A stretch of 64,000 bases of DNA from Octopus sinensis (GCF_006345805.1 NC_043014.1:38812001-38876000); one strand, 5' to 3'. Shown: positions 26,603 through 38,750, numbered from the stretch's first letter. Program-made: numbers and translations. The notes: generated by a model from the letters alone, not told the origin.

Positions 26603-26975
26603 TCTCTCTCTATATAAACGGCAGTTTGTCTGTGCGTGTTTCTGTGTGTCTGTTTGCTTGTACCCTCACCCTGACCACGGCTTTCAACCAATTCTGATGA
26701 AACTTGACACACACATAGCCCAATGTCATAATTCAAAACTAACGCAGCGAAAATTTTGAAAAGTTCCCCCAGTTCTGAAAAAAATCGATAAATTCGACAT
26801 GGGGTCGAGAATCAGAAACACAAACCGCAAACTGTCTAGGGGACGCAACTCCACCTTTTTTTACTCTCAAAAAAAATTTACCATCATTTTTTTCCATTTT
26901 TTGGCTATAACTCTCTAAAAATGCTTTATAGTTATTTCCCTTACAAACCTGAGCAACGCCGGGCGATACTGCTAG
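26603..26975 (+). mobile_element. Non-autonomous Helitron (373 bp)
   Basis: A|TCTCTCTCTATATAAAC start; 3' hairpin CCTGAGCAACGCCGGG then CGATACTG-CTAG|T; no TSD. Confidence 0.85.
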
Positions 26976-27848
26976 TTTAATCATAAATCATAATGGAAAA
27001 CTTTTGTTATACCACTGCTTGAAATTTGGCAGTGGATGTCCTGAAATAACACTGCAAACCTTACAGTGCATTGTATCATAACATGGTACCAGGTGTATCA
27101 TAGGATAATGGCAAAAAATCAATGGCAAAGGGTGTGCAACAGCTTTGACAGCACGGTTGCACGTTCATTTTTGTGGCGAGAAGTTGTATGTTTAAATTAA
27201 TTTACAATTTCTAAACTACAACTAATTTTTTTGACAATAATTTTTTTCTTACAATATCATCATATCACTTTGATCTTAATTTGTTTTCAAAACTAATAAA
27301 TACACTTTTAGAAGAATTTTAAAAAAAATTAAGTCAAGTCGAATTCTGGGGCTGCTAGCGCACCAAACACTACAAGTTTGGGCAATATCAGCAGTTTGGT
27401 CGTTAGTCACTGAAAATAGTTCGATGTGAAAGGTTTTAAGTTGATATTTTTCTCAGTGAATTTTGTGATTTTCTGTGTGTGTGTGCTTAAGCACTTTATT
27501 TAAAATCTAATTAGTGTTGATCTTAAATGCTTTTACAGTTGCAGAAATATGTGCTTTTAATTTAATTTTCAGCGATTATATACTGATTAGTAACAAAATT
27601 ATATGATGAAGTTATCGAACATTTTACGTCATCTTACGAACATTTTGTGGTGGCACACCCAATGACATCAACCTCCATATGCCACTTCAAGGTGGAGGTG
27701 GTGGGTTTTTTTTTAGAAAGAGCAGAGTGTGTTGTTCAATGTTATCACGGAGTTAAAAAGTTTTTTTACTATTTTGTTACATGGACCTCCAAAAATCTTA
27801 TATGGATCCTCAGGGACCATATAGACACCAGTTGAGAACCACTGGTAT

Positions 27849-28273
27849 CAAGGCCAGATTAGGACCCATTGAGGTCCTAAGCACTTAAAAGATTTTGGTG
27901 CCCCCATAAAAGATTATGTAATTGAAAATACAAACAATAACAAACCATAAAATAAATTTTTATTTTTCAAAATGAAACAAAACAGTAAGAGGGAAAATAA
28001 TGTTTATTTTTGTATACTTCCACTTTATTTATATTTGAAAAGTTTCCTCCTACTTTTTTGAATTGCAAAATCTTTGATCAGATCCTCAAAATTAATCTTA
28101 GGTAACACATCTGCATCTATACTTAATATAGATAAAGGCATCCCAAAAATTATTTTAGCAAGTTTAAAGTGATTTCTTTTGTGCTGTAAACCATCTACCA
28201 TTTCCGTAGGGCCCCTTCCTTCCCTTGATGCCCTAAGCAGTGCTTATTCTGCTCAATGGTTAATCTAGTGCTG
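27849..28273. mobile_element. hAT-type MITE with 8-bp TSD
   Basis: Imperfect TIRs CAAGGCCAGATTA / TAATCTAGTGCTG; perfect TSD ACTGGTAT at 27841-27848 and 28274-28281. Same family as 59466-60212 (opposite orientation) and a fragment at ~51645-51740. Confidence 0.85.
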
Positions 28274-28569
28274 ACTGGTATATATGAAATGATAGTATAT
28301 TAATAAAGGCTAGTAAATTATGAAATGTTGACTTCAAATTTTAGCATAAGGCCAGCAATTTCAGTGGAGGGGATAAGTCACTTATATTTTATCAACCTCG
28401 GAAGGATGATAGGCAAAGTCGACCTCAGTGGAATCTGAACTCAGAACGTAAGGACAGATGAAATGCCACTAAGTATTTAGCCTGGCATGCTAACAATTCT
28501 ACCAGCTCGCTGCTTTCAGTAAATTATAAAATATTTGTTAATGTTTATAAATGTTAGTATATTTTGAAA

Positions 28570-29297
28570 TCTATATTTATAAAGCTGAAGTTGTCTGTGT
28601 GTGTGTAGCAGGTTTGGTAGCCTTCAACTAACACTATCTCCTCCGAGAAACTGCGGCGCAAGTTGACCAAAATTGAGAATATGATAGAAGAAGGCTTGCT
28701 CTTCATTCCGTAGGAGATAAAATTCAAATTGGACCATGTTAACACCAAAACTTATTTACATCAAAAAGGCGCCTTATTTTCTATGAAAATCCCTACTTTT
28801 TACGATTTTTTGCCTGCTGTGTCACCATTTTTCAGTGTATCTCAACCAGAGAAATGTTCACTTAAAGAGAAAAACAAGCTACATAATGCAAAATTCTTAC
28901 TTTTCAAAAATTCCAATTCTAAAGGGTTGAAAAGATTTTTTTTGTGATGCCATTGGTTTTGAGCAAACGACAGATATTCCTGTACTTTTTCTTAATGAAT
29001 ACTGTTGCAGTGTTAACTTCTTAATAGATTTTCAGTGCAGTTCGAAACTTGAGCTTCATTTTGCTTTAAATCTATGGGTAATTTTTTCTCCATAATATTA
29101 ATAGAAGGAATATTAACCAACAATCGCAGTCGGCATTACACAATTGTAACACATTCAGAGCCAACTCGAGCATTGCCACACTATACTTTTATTCATAGAT
29201 TGAAACTATGTCAAAACTTTGTTAACGCGACATCAAAGTCTGCCGTTTTGAGCGCAACTAAAAAACAAACCCGAGCAACGCTGGGCTATACTGCTAG
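28570..29297 (+). mobile_element. Non-autonomous Helitron (728 bp)
   Basis: A|TCTATATTTATAAAGCTGAAG start; 3' CCCGAGCAACGCTGGG then CTATACTG-CTAG|T. Confidence 0.85.
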
Positions 29298-29966
29298 TGT
29301 TAGTATATTACGAAGTCTGAATATATTATGAAATGTTAGTATGATGAAACTTTTAACAGATTTAGAAATAGTGAAGAAATATATTTGGTAAAGAGACTCT
29401 AAAACATATAATTTCAAGCACTTGATGACGGAGGTAACGTTTGTCAGACAGAGCAAGGGTGTGTTGTCAAACTTTGTTACTGAGTTAAAGAAAATAAGAT
29501 TAAAAGGAGAAAAGCTATTTAAAATTGCAGTACAATGTATGGAAGGCAGTATATCCGTACAGACAAGATGAAGTAACAATGCACACATATACACACACAC
29601 ACCTTGCAAACAAATTTTTGACACCGTTATAATTATACCCCCCAATATATATACATGAGTAATAAAACTGACAGAGGTGAAAAAAAGGTACAGAAAAATT
29701 TATGAGACATACAGGTAGCCTAGCTATACATGTGTATAAAGTATATTATTTATTATTCATTCTATACACAGTGATTCAGAAGTTTCTTTAGTATTTAAAT
29801 AATATACAAAATTCCTTTTAATTCTTCTTTATTTTCTTAGTCTTGCTTTTATGCATTTTTAATACAATTTTTACTGTTTTGTTGTGAATACACACACATA
29901 TACTTTATTTGTGCATTAACAATGGTTTCATATGGGAAAAAAAGCCCACAATTTCCATGCAGTCCA

Positions 29967-30007
<41 letters not shown>

Positions 30008-30009
30008 TA

Positions 30010-30345
30010 TTGTGTCTGGGGAGAGTCATTTTTTTTTATTTGTGCCTGATAATCAAACTCATGAGTAAAATTTCCACTTATTTCTTATTTTTATTTTCCT
30101 AAAATTTTCGTTGCGTCTTGCAACCTTTTCAACAGTCTTGACTCTCACAGTCAAGACTATTGAAAAGGTTGCAAGACACAACAAAAATTTTAGGAAAATA
30201 AAAATAAGAAATAAGTGGAAATTTTACCAGTGAGTGTGTTAAATTTAACACACTCACTGGTAAAATTTCCATTTTCTCTTTTTGTTTTTTGCCATATAAT
30301 TATATGGCAAAAACAAAAAGAGAAAATGACTCTCCCCAGATACAA
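30010..30345. repeat. Compound palindrome: large hairpin plus two internal loopless palindromes
   Basis: Arms 30065-30143 and 30149-30227; perfect 56-bp palindrome 30216-30271; palindrome 30270-30328 with one indel; outer stem 30010-30032 / 30323-30345. Confidence 0.92.
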
Positions 30346-30510
30346 CAGAATATGCTTCAACACACGAGCTCACATAAAGAATCTTGCAAACCAAATCCAA
30401 AAACAAAATATATATATATAGGGAGAGTTCATGAAAAAAAACAAAAGACGAAGAGAGGTGGTGTACAAAACAAACAGATGTATTAGTATAACGCTCAGGA
30501 ATAGAAAAAG

Positions 30511-30548
30511 TCTTTTACGTTTCAAGCCTACGCTCTTCTACAGAAAGG
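30511..30548 (-). ncRNA. Hammerhead-like motif, HH1 (CUGUAGA core)
   Basis: CCUUU-CUGUAGA-A-GAGC(GUAG)GCUU-GAAAC-GU-A-AAAGA. Confidence 0.55.
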
Positions 30549-31306
30549 GACACAGAAAAAACAAGGAGAGAAAAAAAAAATATATATATATATATCAGTA
30601 AATCATAAATCCAAAAAAGAAGCATACTCTAAGTTACAGAGCAGTAGAGTATATAGATAAAGATAGAAGTGGCCGGTCTATGGGCACATAAAAAGCACCA
30701 TTTGAGCGTGGCCGTTGCCAGTACCACTTGACTGGCCTTCGTGCCGGTGGCACATAAAAGCACCCACTACACTCTCAGAGTGGTTGGCGTTAGGAAGGGC
30801 ATCCAGCTGTAGGAACTCTGCCAAATCAGATTGGAGCCAGGTGCAGCCATCTGGTCCGCCAGTCCTCAGTCAAATCGTCCAACCCATACTAGCATGGAAA
30901 GAGGATGTTAAACGATGATGATGATGATGATGATTAGAAAAATGTCATTATCAAAAGACGAGAATATTCATTGTTCTAAAAATGGCACAATATAGCAACA
31001 ATAATCATGTTCAGTTTTCTTGGTAAATCTGGTCCAAATGCCTGGTAGTATGAATGGTAGAGCAATAGACTAGGTATCCTGGAATCCCTGAGCTGTGACA
31101 GTGAATGGTAAGTTGGGCTTGGAAGAAGGTATGAATGTGATGGGAGAGGTGAGTGATGGTTGTGGCTAACAGCTAATTTAACCATGTAATAACGATTAGA
31201 AAGCTTTAGAATTGGTTAATCAGTTATGATTAAGCCAGTAATTCTCAATCATTTCTAACACAGCATGTGTTATTCAAATAGAAACTAGTTTTGTGTGCTG
31301 GTTTTA

Positions 31307-31520
31307 TCTATATATATAAAACTGAAATTGTCTGTCCATCTGAAGTGTCAGGGGCCAAAACATTTTCAACTTCTTGCTTAATGCAAGTCCAGAGCAATCT
31401 CTTAGACTGTTTTGGTATTGCGCATCAAAAGTGAAACAATATCATCCCTATTGTAATGTGAGATAATAGTTTTACTATTATGTTATTTCATTTTCAATAG
31501 TTTCATTCCTATTAGTTTCA
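31307..31520 (+). mobile_element. Orphan Helitron 5' end fragment
   Basis: A|TCTATATATATAAAACTGAAATTG resembles the 5' end of the large Helitron; no 3' hairpin or CTAG seen. Confidence 0.5.
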
Positions 31521-31616
31521 CTATGTATATATATTCATGTTTGTATATATGTATATATGCATATATTTATGTCTTTGTATTTGTATGTGGATATATGTAT
31601 ACATGTGTCTATATAA

Positions 31617-31667
<51 letters not shown>

Positions 31668-31800
31668 TATTTTGTGGTGTGAACCCCCTAAAATATTATG
31701 TGGACCCTTGAGGGCTATATGGACTCTGGTTGAGAACCACTGCTCTAGACAGAATAGAAATTTTGATATTTCATAATATCTAGTCCAGCTATTTCATAAT

Positions 31801-32232
31801 CTGAGCCATATAGTAGAATTGGTTTCTACTATATGGCTCAGAAACCTGGACGTTATCAAAGAAGCTTGAGAGGCGGTTGGATGGAACCTACACTCGCCTC
31901 CTTATGAGAGCTCAAAATCTCTCGTGGAAGCGTCATCCAACCAAAATGCAAATATATGGGAAACTACCACCTGTGTCATCTCTTGTGAAAAGTAGGAGAG
32001 TCCAGTTTGCTGGACATTGTTGTAGAGCTGAGAACGAGGCAATTTCTACTCTTCTCCTCTGGAAACCATCTACTCGCAATACCAGAGGCCGCACACTCTT
32101 CTACCCAGATGTAATCTCCAGGGATACAGGCATCCAGCAACAGGACCTCCGTAATGCTATGATGGACCGTGAAGTCTGGCGTGGCATGGTAAATTCCATT
32201 GTCTCGACCACGGTCGAACAATGATGATGATG
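31801..32232 (+). mobile_element. 5'-truncated RTE-clade LINE with 10-bp TSD, (TGA)n tail and 5' fold-back
   Basis: LLYGSETWTLSKKLERRLDGTYTRLL...RRVQFAGHCCR...DREVWR. TSD ATTTCATAAT at 31791-31800 and 32233-32242. 19-bp inverted repeat 31800-31818 / 31824-31842. Confidence 0.9.
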
Positions 32233-33112
32233 ATTTCATAATTTCTGAAAGTTTAACTCTTTATCATTCAAGCCAGCCATATCAAGCATAAATATCCTGC
32301 GGTTTATATTCAAACCAGTCAGATACAACCCTGCACAAAATATTTCCAGAGCTTTCTTCATAATGTTATCTATTAAATACTTTTTCACTCATCAACACTA
32401 ATAATACTTATTGTTGATTACTTGATCACACTAAAAAATATCAGGTTACCTACCTATGTAGAATATGGTACGCCTATAATTAATTAATAGTTGCATAGCA
32501 CTAACATTATTGATAACATAAATTTATTGCAAATATACAAATGAGAAATTCGTTTCACTTAATTGTATTTCTATTGATGCTGTCCTATCTTATATGGAAC
32601 TAATCAATAAATTAGATCTGTGATTAATTCTTAGTTAAATACTTAATGTTATTGATGGCATAGTTTTGGTATTCAGGCCGATCACGACAAAGCATGATTG
32701 AATTAAATATATAGTAACAGATGTGCTTTCATATATATATGACTTGAAACACTCAGGCTTTATCAAATAAGTATTTTTGTTTTGTGGGTTCGTTTTTTTT
32801 TTTTGCTTCTTTGTGGAATTATTACTAACCCTAGGTGAACAATAAAGTGTGTGTGTAAGCATGTGTGAGCTTGTATGTATGTATGTATGTATGTATGTAC
32901 GTACGTATGTACATGGCCACAATCTAATGACTGAAACAAGTAAATAGATATACATGTATACACGCATATATGTGTGTATATAACTATGTGTGTGTGTATA
33001 TATATATGTGTGTGTATGTGTGTATAGGGAGAGTTTATGAAAAAAACAAAAGAAGACAGGTGGTGTACAAAACAAACAGATGTATTAGTATAATGCTCAG
33101 GAATTGAAAAAG

Positions 33113-33150
33113 TCTTTTACGTTTCGAGCCTACGCTCTTCTACAGAAAGA
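33113..33150 (-). ncRNA. Hammerhead-like motif, HH1 (best-preserved copy)
   Basis: UCUUU-CUGUAGA-A-GAGC(GUAG)GCUC-GAAAC-GU-A-AAAGA. All stems are Watson-Crick; deviations from the canonical core are A6U and the extra A after A9. Confidence 0.6.
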
Positions 33151-33872
33151 GACACAGAAAAAAACAAGGAGAGAAAAAAAATGTGTGTAGTCGCTACCGA
33201 TCTATCATGGCAAATACATATATATATATATATATATAATACAAAATGGGACAAGAACGCAAAACATCCAGACAACTAGGTGATACAAAAAGGGGCAACA
33301 AAACATCCAGATAGACAATACAAAAAAACAAGGACGGGTCATTCGAAGCTTTCTATCCTCAGTCAAGAACTGGATCATCCTCGCAATTTCAGCTGATTAA
33401 TCTTGAGATTGCTCCAATCTGGCCAGCCCCAAAGAAAAATTAAGCTAAGAGCATTAGATTCCTTGGAAGAAAGCATCGAATGTATACGAAAACAAGGATG
33501 GAAAAACAGACGATGTTATGCAAATATAAATACAAAATACAATAAAAATAATGATAACAGCACTTAACAACAGATGTCTTTCGACTGGGGACGAATTGAA
33601 TTCAGCTGGTGTGTGTAGAAATGAAGCCTTATGGCAGAGAAACAAAACTTTCACAAACACAGGGAAGAATATCGATGTTACACAAGGGTTAGACAAAATA
33701 ATGGAAACGCCTAGCATCATAGCATCATAATTTTGAAATATCTATAAAACGGTTAAAAGCTTTTTTATTTTTATGTTTTTTGACTTATTATTAATGTTGC
33801 TTAATATGTTTTGTGAAAATTGCTGTTTCTTTTCAGATATCATCAGAAAAAGGTAAATTTAAATTCATTAAA

Positions 33873-34339
33873 ATGACACATCTATCAGACTTTCAAAGAG
33901 GTCAAATTGTTGGTGCTCGTATTGCAGGTGCTAGTGTAAAGAAAAACAGCTGAAATGTTTGGTGTATCAAGAAGTACTGTCTTGAAAGTAATGACAGCCT
34001 TTGAGAAAGAGAGAAAAACAAAACTCTGGAAGAAAACCAAAACTTTCAGATAGGGACCGTTGAACTTTTACACGAATTGTCAGAAAGGACCACAAAAGTA
34101 CAGCTCCCAAAATAACTGCAGAGCTTAATGACCACCTCAAGAACCTAGTTTCCACAAAAACTCTTCACCAGGAGCTGCACAAAACTGGATTTCACAAGAG
34201 GGCAGCAATCAGGAAACCACTACTTGCTAAAACAAACATTGCAAAGCATTTAGAGTGGAGTAAAAGCCTACAGAATTGGTCCCTAGAACAGTGGAGAATG
34301 TTATTTTCTTGGACGAGTCATCTTTTACCTTATTTCCGA
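33873..34339 (+). pseudogene. Tc1-like transposase N-terminal remnant
   Basis: MTHLSDFQRGQIVGARIAGASV..TAEMFGVSRSTV...NSGRKPKLSDRDR...AAIRKPLL...W.NVIFLDESSF (paired-like HTH, GRPR-like motif, first catalytic Asp). Frameshifted and 3'-truncated. Confidence 0.85.
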
Positions 34340-34854
34340 GCATAATGATATCCGTGGGGCAGCTGATGATGGAGGTATGTTGGATTGTTAGTAAGGCTGG
34401 TTTTGTATATGTGAAATAGTATTATAACACATCCTTTTGATACATATATATATATATATATATATATACATACACACACACATACATTTTATATATGTGT
34501 ATATCATCATCATTGTTTAATGTCCGTTTTCCATGCTAGCATGGGTTGGACAGTTTAACCGGGGTCTGGGAAGCTAGGAGGCTGAACCAGGCTCCAGTCT
34601 GATCTGACAGTGTTTCTACAGCTGAATGCCCTTCCTAATGCCAACCACTCCGTGAGTGTAGTGGGTGCTTTTTACGCGCCACCGGCACAGGGGCCAGACG
34701 AAGCTGGCAAACAACCACGATCAGTTGGTGCTTTTACATGTCACCGACACGGACACCAGTCAGGTGGCGCTATATATATGTCCGAAGTCAGGACGCCATG
34801 ATAGATTGTTAGCTCATACACGCATTTTTTTCTCTCCTTGTTTTTTTCTGTGTA

Positions 34855-34892
34855 TCTTTCTGTCGAAGAGCGTAGGCTCAAAACGTAAAAGA
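34855..34892 (+). ncRNA. Hammerhead-like motif, HH1, probably inactive (G12A)
   Basis: UCUUU-CUGUCGA-A-GAGC(GUAG)GCUC-AAAAC-GU-A-AAAGA. Confidence 0.45.
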
Positions 34893-35001
34893 CTTTTTCT
34901 ATTTCTATTCCTGAGCGCTATACTAATACATTTGTTTGCTTGTACTCCACCTGCCTTTGTCTTTTGTTTATTTTCGTAAACTTTCCCGTTATATATATAT
35001 G

Positions 35002-35035
<34 letters not shown>

Positions 35036-35123
35036 TATACACACACATACATTTCATGTATATATGTTTTGTTTCAAATTTGTGTGAATGTGTATAGAAT
35101 AATATATCAGTTGAATAATGAAG

Positions 35124-35765
35124 TTAAAACATGGTCTGGTTTTCATGTTTTTTATTATGGTATTTTAACATAAAAAAAAATATTTTGGAATGCTCATAAA
35201 GTTAAATTAGCACTTTCATACATAGGGTAATCATCAGATTTCAAATGTGTTTAACTGACAGTCGAGTTCTTGACAAATTTAGTGCCTCTTAAAATGCGCC
35301 AACAATCTGAATTTTTAGAATACCATTTCAACCAATCCGTATGCATCTTAAGAATCACGGTTTGCAAGACGTACCGATATTCCGTAACTTGTTTATGCTA
35401 GAGATATAAAGAGGAAAGATAAAAGAAAAACTGTTTATTAAAATGTTCTGAACGGAAATAACAGCAATAATATAACAACCAGTTAATGATGAGGATAAAA
35501 AAATATCTCTAGCATACACCTGGAAAACCGCGGTTCTTAAGATGCATGCGGATTGGTCAAAAAGGTATTCTAAAAATTCAGTTTGTTGGAGCGTTCTAAG
35601 AGGTACTGAAGTTATCAGGAACTCAACTGTCAGTTAAACACATTTGAAATCTGATAATTACGCCATGTATGAAAGTGCTTATTTGACTTAATGAGCATTC
35701 CAAAATATTTTTTTTTATGTTAAAATACCATAATAAAAAACGTGAAAACCAGAACATGGTTTTAA
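35124..35765. mobile_element. Foldback MITE with ~250-bp imperfect TIRs, bounded by TTAA
   Basis: ~35124-35370 is the reverse complement of ~35520-35765; TTAA at both outer edges. Superfamily not assigned. Confidence 0.8.
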
Positions 35766-36038
35766 CTTTCTTTTACTCTTTTACTCTTTTATTTGTTTCA
35801 GTCATTTGACTGTTGCCATGCTGGAGCACCGCCTTTAGTCGAGCAAATCGACCCCAGGACTTATTCTTTGTAAACCTAGTACTTATTCTATCTCTTTTGC
35901 CAAACCGCTAAGTTACAGGGACATAAACACACCAGCATCGGTTCAAACAAGAAAACACAGAAAAAAAAAGAGAAAAAAAACCCACAGCAATGCAGGACGT
36001 GGAACAATTAAAGTATTATTGACGCTCAGGGAAGGAGG

Positions 36039-36073
36039 GTTTAACGTTTCGAGCGGAGCTCTTCGTCGGAAAC
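36039..36073 (-). ncRNA. Minimal hammerhead motif, HH2 (fully paired)
   Basis: GUUU-CCGACGA-A-GAGC(UCC)GCUC-GAAAC-GU-U-AAAC. The carrier repeat (~35945-36120) interrupts a SINE A copy. Confidence 0.68.
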
Positions 36074-36209
36074 AAGGAGAAGGAAAGATCCCAAGAAGGG
36101 AAGACAGAGGAAAAAATATTTGAGCTGGTGGTGCTCAAGAGATCACATATGATCATATATGTATATATGTGTATATATATATGATCATATGATCATATAT
36201 GTATATATA

Positions 36210-36257
<48 letters not shown>

Positions 36258-36736
36258 AATACGACGGGCTTCTTTCAGTTTCCATCTACCAAATCCACTC
36301 ACAAAGCTTTGGTCGGCCCGAGGCTATAGTAGAAGACACTTGCCCAAGGTGCCATGCAGTGGGACTGAACCAGGAACCATGAGGTTCGTAAGCAGGCTAC
36401 TTACTACCACAGCAGAGTTCAAAGTTAATTTTTGCCAAGTAGCTTCACTCTGTGTGCTTTAGCTTCATTACTATGCCAACAGTTCAAATACTTATTGATC
36501 AGATCTCATATATATCACTATCGTTTAATGTCCATTTTCTAGCTGACAGGGGTTGGACAGTTTGACTGAGGTCTGGAAAGCCAGCGGCTGCACCAGGCTC
36601 TAATATGCATGCATGCATGCACCCATCCATCCATCCATCCAACTTTGGGCAGGTGTCTTCTACTATAGCCTCAGGCTGACCAAAGCCTTGTGAGTGGATT
36701 TGGTAGACGGAAACTGAAAGAAGCCTGTCATATATA

Positions 36737-36794
<58 letters not shown>

Positions 36795-37149
36795 TATGTA
36801 TGTATGTATGTGTGTATATGTTTGTGTCTGTGTTTGTCCCCCCAACATCACTTGACAACTGATGGTGGTGTGTTTACGTCCCCATAACTTAGCAGTTTGG
36901 CAAAAGAAAACCGATAGAATAAGTACTAGGCTTACAAAAAATAAGTCCCGGGGTCGATTTGCTCGACTAAAGGCGATGCTCCAGCATGGCCACAGTCAAA
37001 TGACTGAAACAAGTAAAAGTGTACATAATAAGTTAGGTAACCACTCGTCTAGAATAGAATGACTCTGAGACCATATTGTACACCAGATAATTATTAAGAC
37101 GACGAAGAAGAAGAAGAACAACAAAACTATCATGTGCCAATGATTGTCA

Positions 37150-38204
37150 TCATCATCATCATCATCGTTTAACGTCCGTTTTCCGCGCTAGCATGGGTTG
37201 GACGGTTCGACCGGGATCTGGGAAGCCAGGGGCTGCTCCAGGCTCCAGTCTGATCTGGCAGAGTTTCTACGGCTGGATGCCCTTCCTAACGCCAACCACT
37301 CTGCGAGTGCAGTGGGTGCTTTTTACGTGCCACCAGCACAGGTGCCAGGGGGGGGGTCCGGCATCGGCCACGATCGGTTGGAGCTTTTAACGTGCCACCG
37401 GCACGGAAGCCAGCCAAGGCGGCACTGTCAACGTTCGGATGGTGCTTCTTATGTGCCACCAGCACAGAAGCCAGTCGGAGCGGCGCTGGCATCGGCCACA
37501 TACGGATGGTGCTTTTTATGTGCCACCGGCACAGAAGCCAGTCGGAGCGGCGCTGGCATCGGCCACATTCGGATGGTGCTTTTTATGTGCCACCGGCACA
37601 GAAGCCAGTTGGAGCGGGGCTGGCATCGGCCACATTCGGATGGTGCTTTTTATGTGCCACCGGCACAGAAGCCAGTCGGAGCGGCGCTGGCATCGGCCAC
37701 ATTCGGATGGTGCTTTTTATGTGCCACCGGCACAGAAGCCAGTTGGAGCGGCGCTGGCATCGGCCACATTCGGATGGTGCTTTTTATGTGCCACCGGCAC
37801 AGAAGCCAGTCGGAGCGGCGCTGGCATCGGCCACATTCGGATGGTGCTTTTTATGTGCCACCGGCACAGAAGCCAGTTGGAGCGGCGCTGGCATCGGCCA
37901 CATTCGGATGGTGCTTTTTATGTGCCATCGGCACAGAAGCCAGTCGGAGCGGTGCTGGCATCGGCCACATTCGGATGGTGCTTTTTATGTGCCACCGGCA
38001 CAGAAGCCAGTCGGAGCAGCGCTGGCATCGGCCACATTCGGATGGTGCTTTTTATGTGCCACCGGCACAGAAGCCAGTCGGAGCGGCGCTGGCATCGGCC
38101 ACATTCGGATGGTGCTTTTTATGTGCCACCGGCACAGAAGCCAGTCGGAGCGGCGCTGGCATCGGCCACATTCGGATGGTGCTTTTTATGTGCCACCGGC
38201 ACAG
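37150..38204 (-). mobile_element. SINE family C carrying an expanded 67-bp minisatellite
   Basis: Tail at 37150-37170. Eleven full 67-bp units from 37453 (GTGCCACCGGCACAGAAGCCAG...GGTGCTTTTTAT), plus two diverged units and one partial unit. Confidence 0.9.
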
Positions 38205-38560
38205 GCATCACAACTACTATTTCCATTGTGTTCTTGAAAATTCGCATTTTATGGAAAATGGTAAAAGTTTATAATTTACAAATAGATTTTATCATCAGCT
38301 AGTTTTCAATGAATAACAACAACTCTCAGCTTTATAATTATAATTTAAAGATATATTTATGTTAATCTGCTTTAGTAATCATATGGCTTGTTTATAGTTT
38401 GATATTGTTGCTTTTTTCTTTTTAATATACCAGTTTAATCATTATCATAAACCTTAACTTGGACTTGTATACAAACAAGAAATTGAATTATTGATTGCCT
38501 ATGCACTATTAATATAAAACAAAATAACAATGGTTGTTGGCGAACATAATCACTGACAAG

Positions 38561-38612
<52 letters not shown>

Positions 38613-38750
38613 TCATCATCATCGTTTAACGTCCGCTCTCCATGCTAGCAGGGGTTGGACGCTTCGACCGGGGAACTAGGAAGCCAGAAGGCTGCACCAG
38701 GCTCCAGTCTGATCTGGCAGTGTTTCTACAGCTGGATGCCCTTGCTAACG

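Noticed and set aside
28545-29312. Target-site duplication TGTTAGTATATT around the Helitron
   Set aside because: The left copy is not flush with the element; this is a pre-existing short tandem repeat with an ordinary A|T insertion.
33330-33470. Additional hammerhead in the repeat at 33240-33540
   Set aside because: Partial GGCUG/CAGC-GAAA on the minus strand, but no intact core strand could be placed.
37453-38204. CRISPR-like array (palindromic repeat plus spacer)
   Set aside because: The spacers are near-identical, the context is a eukaryotic SINE, and there are no cas genes.
37198-38302. Three overlapping 281-358 aa Cys/His-rich ORFs
   Set aside because: They arise from a 67-bp unit that lacks stops and is not a multiple of 3, so the same peptides rotate through all frames.
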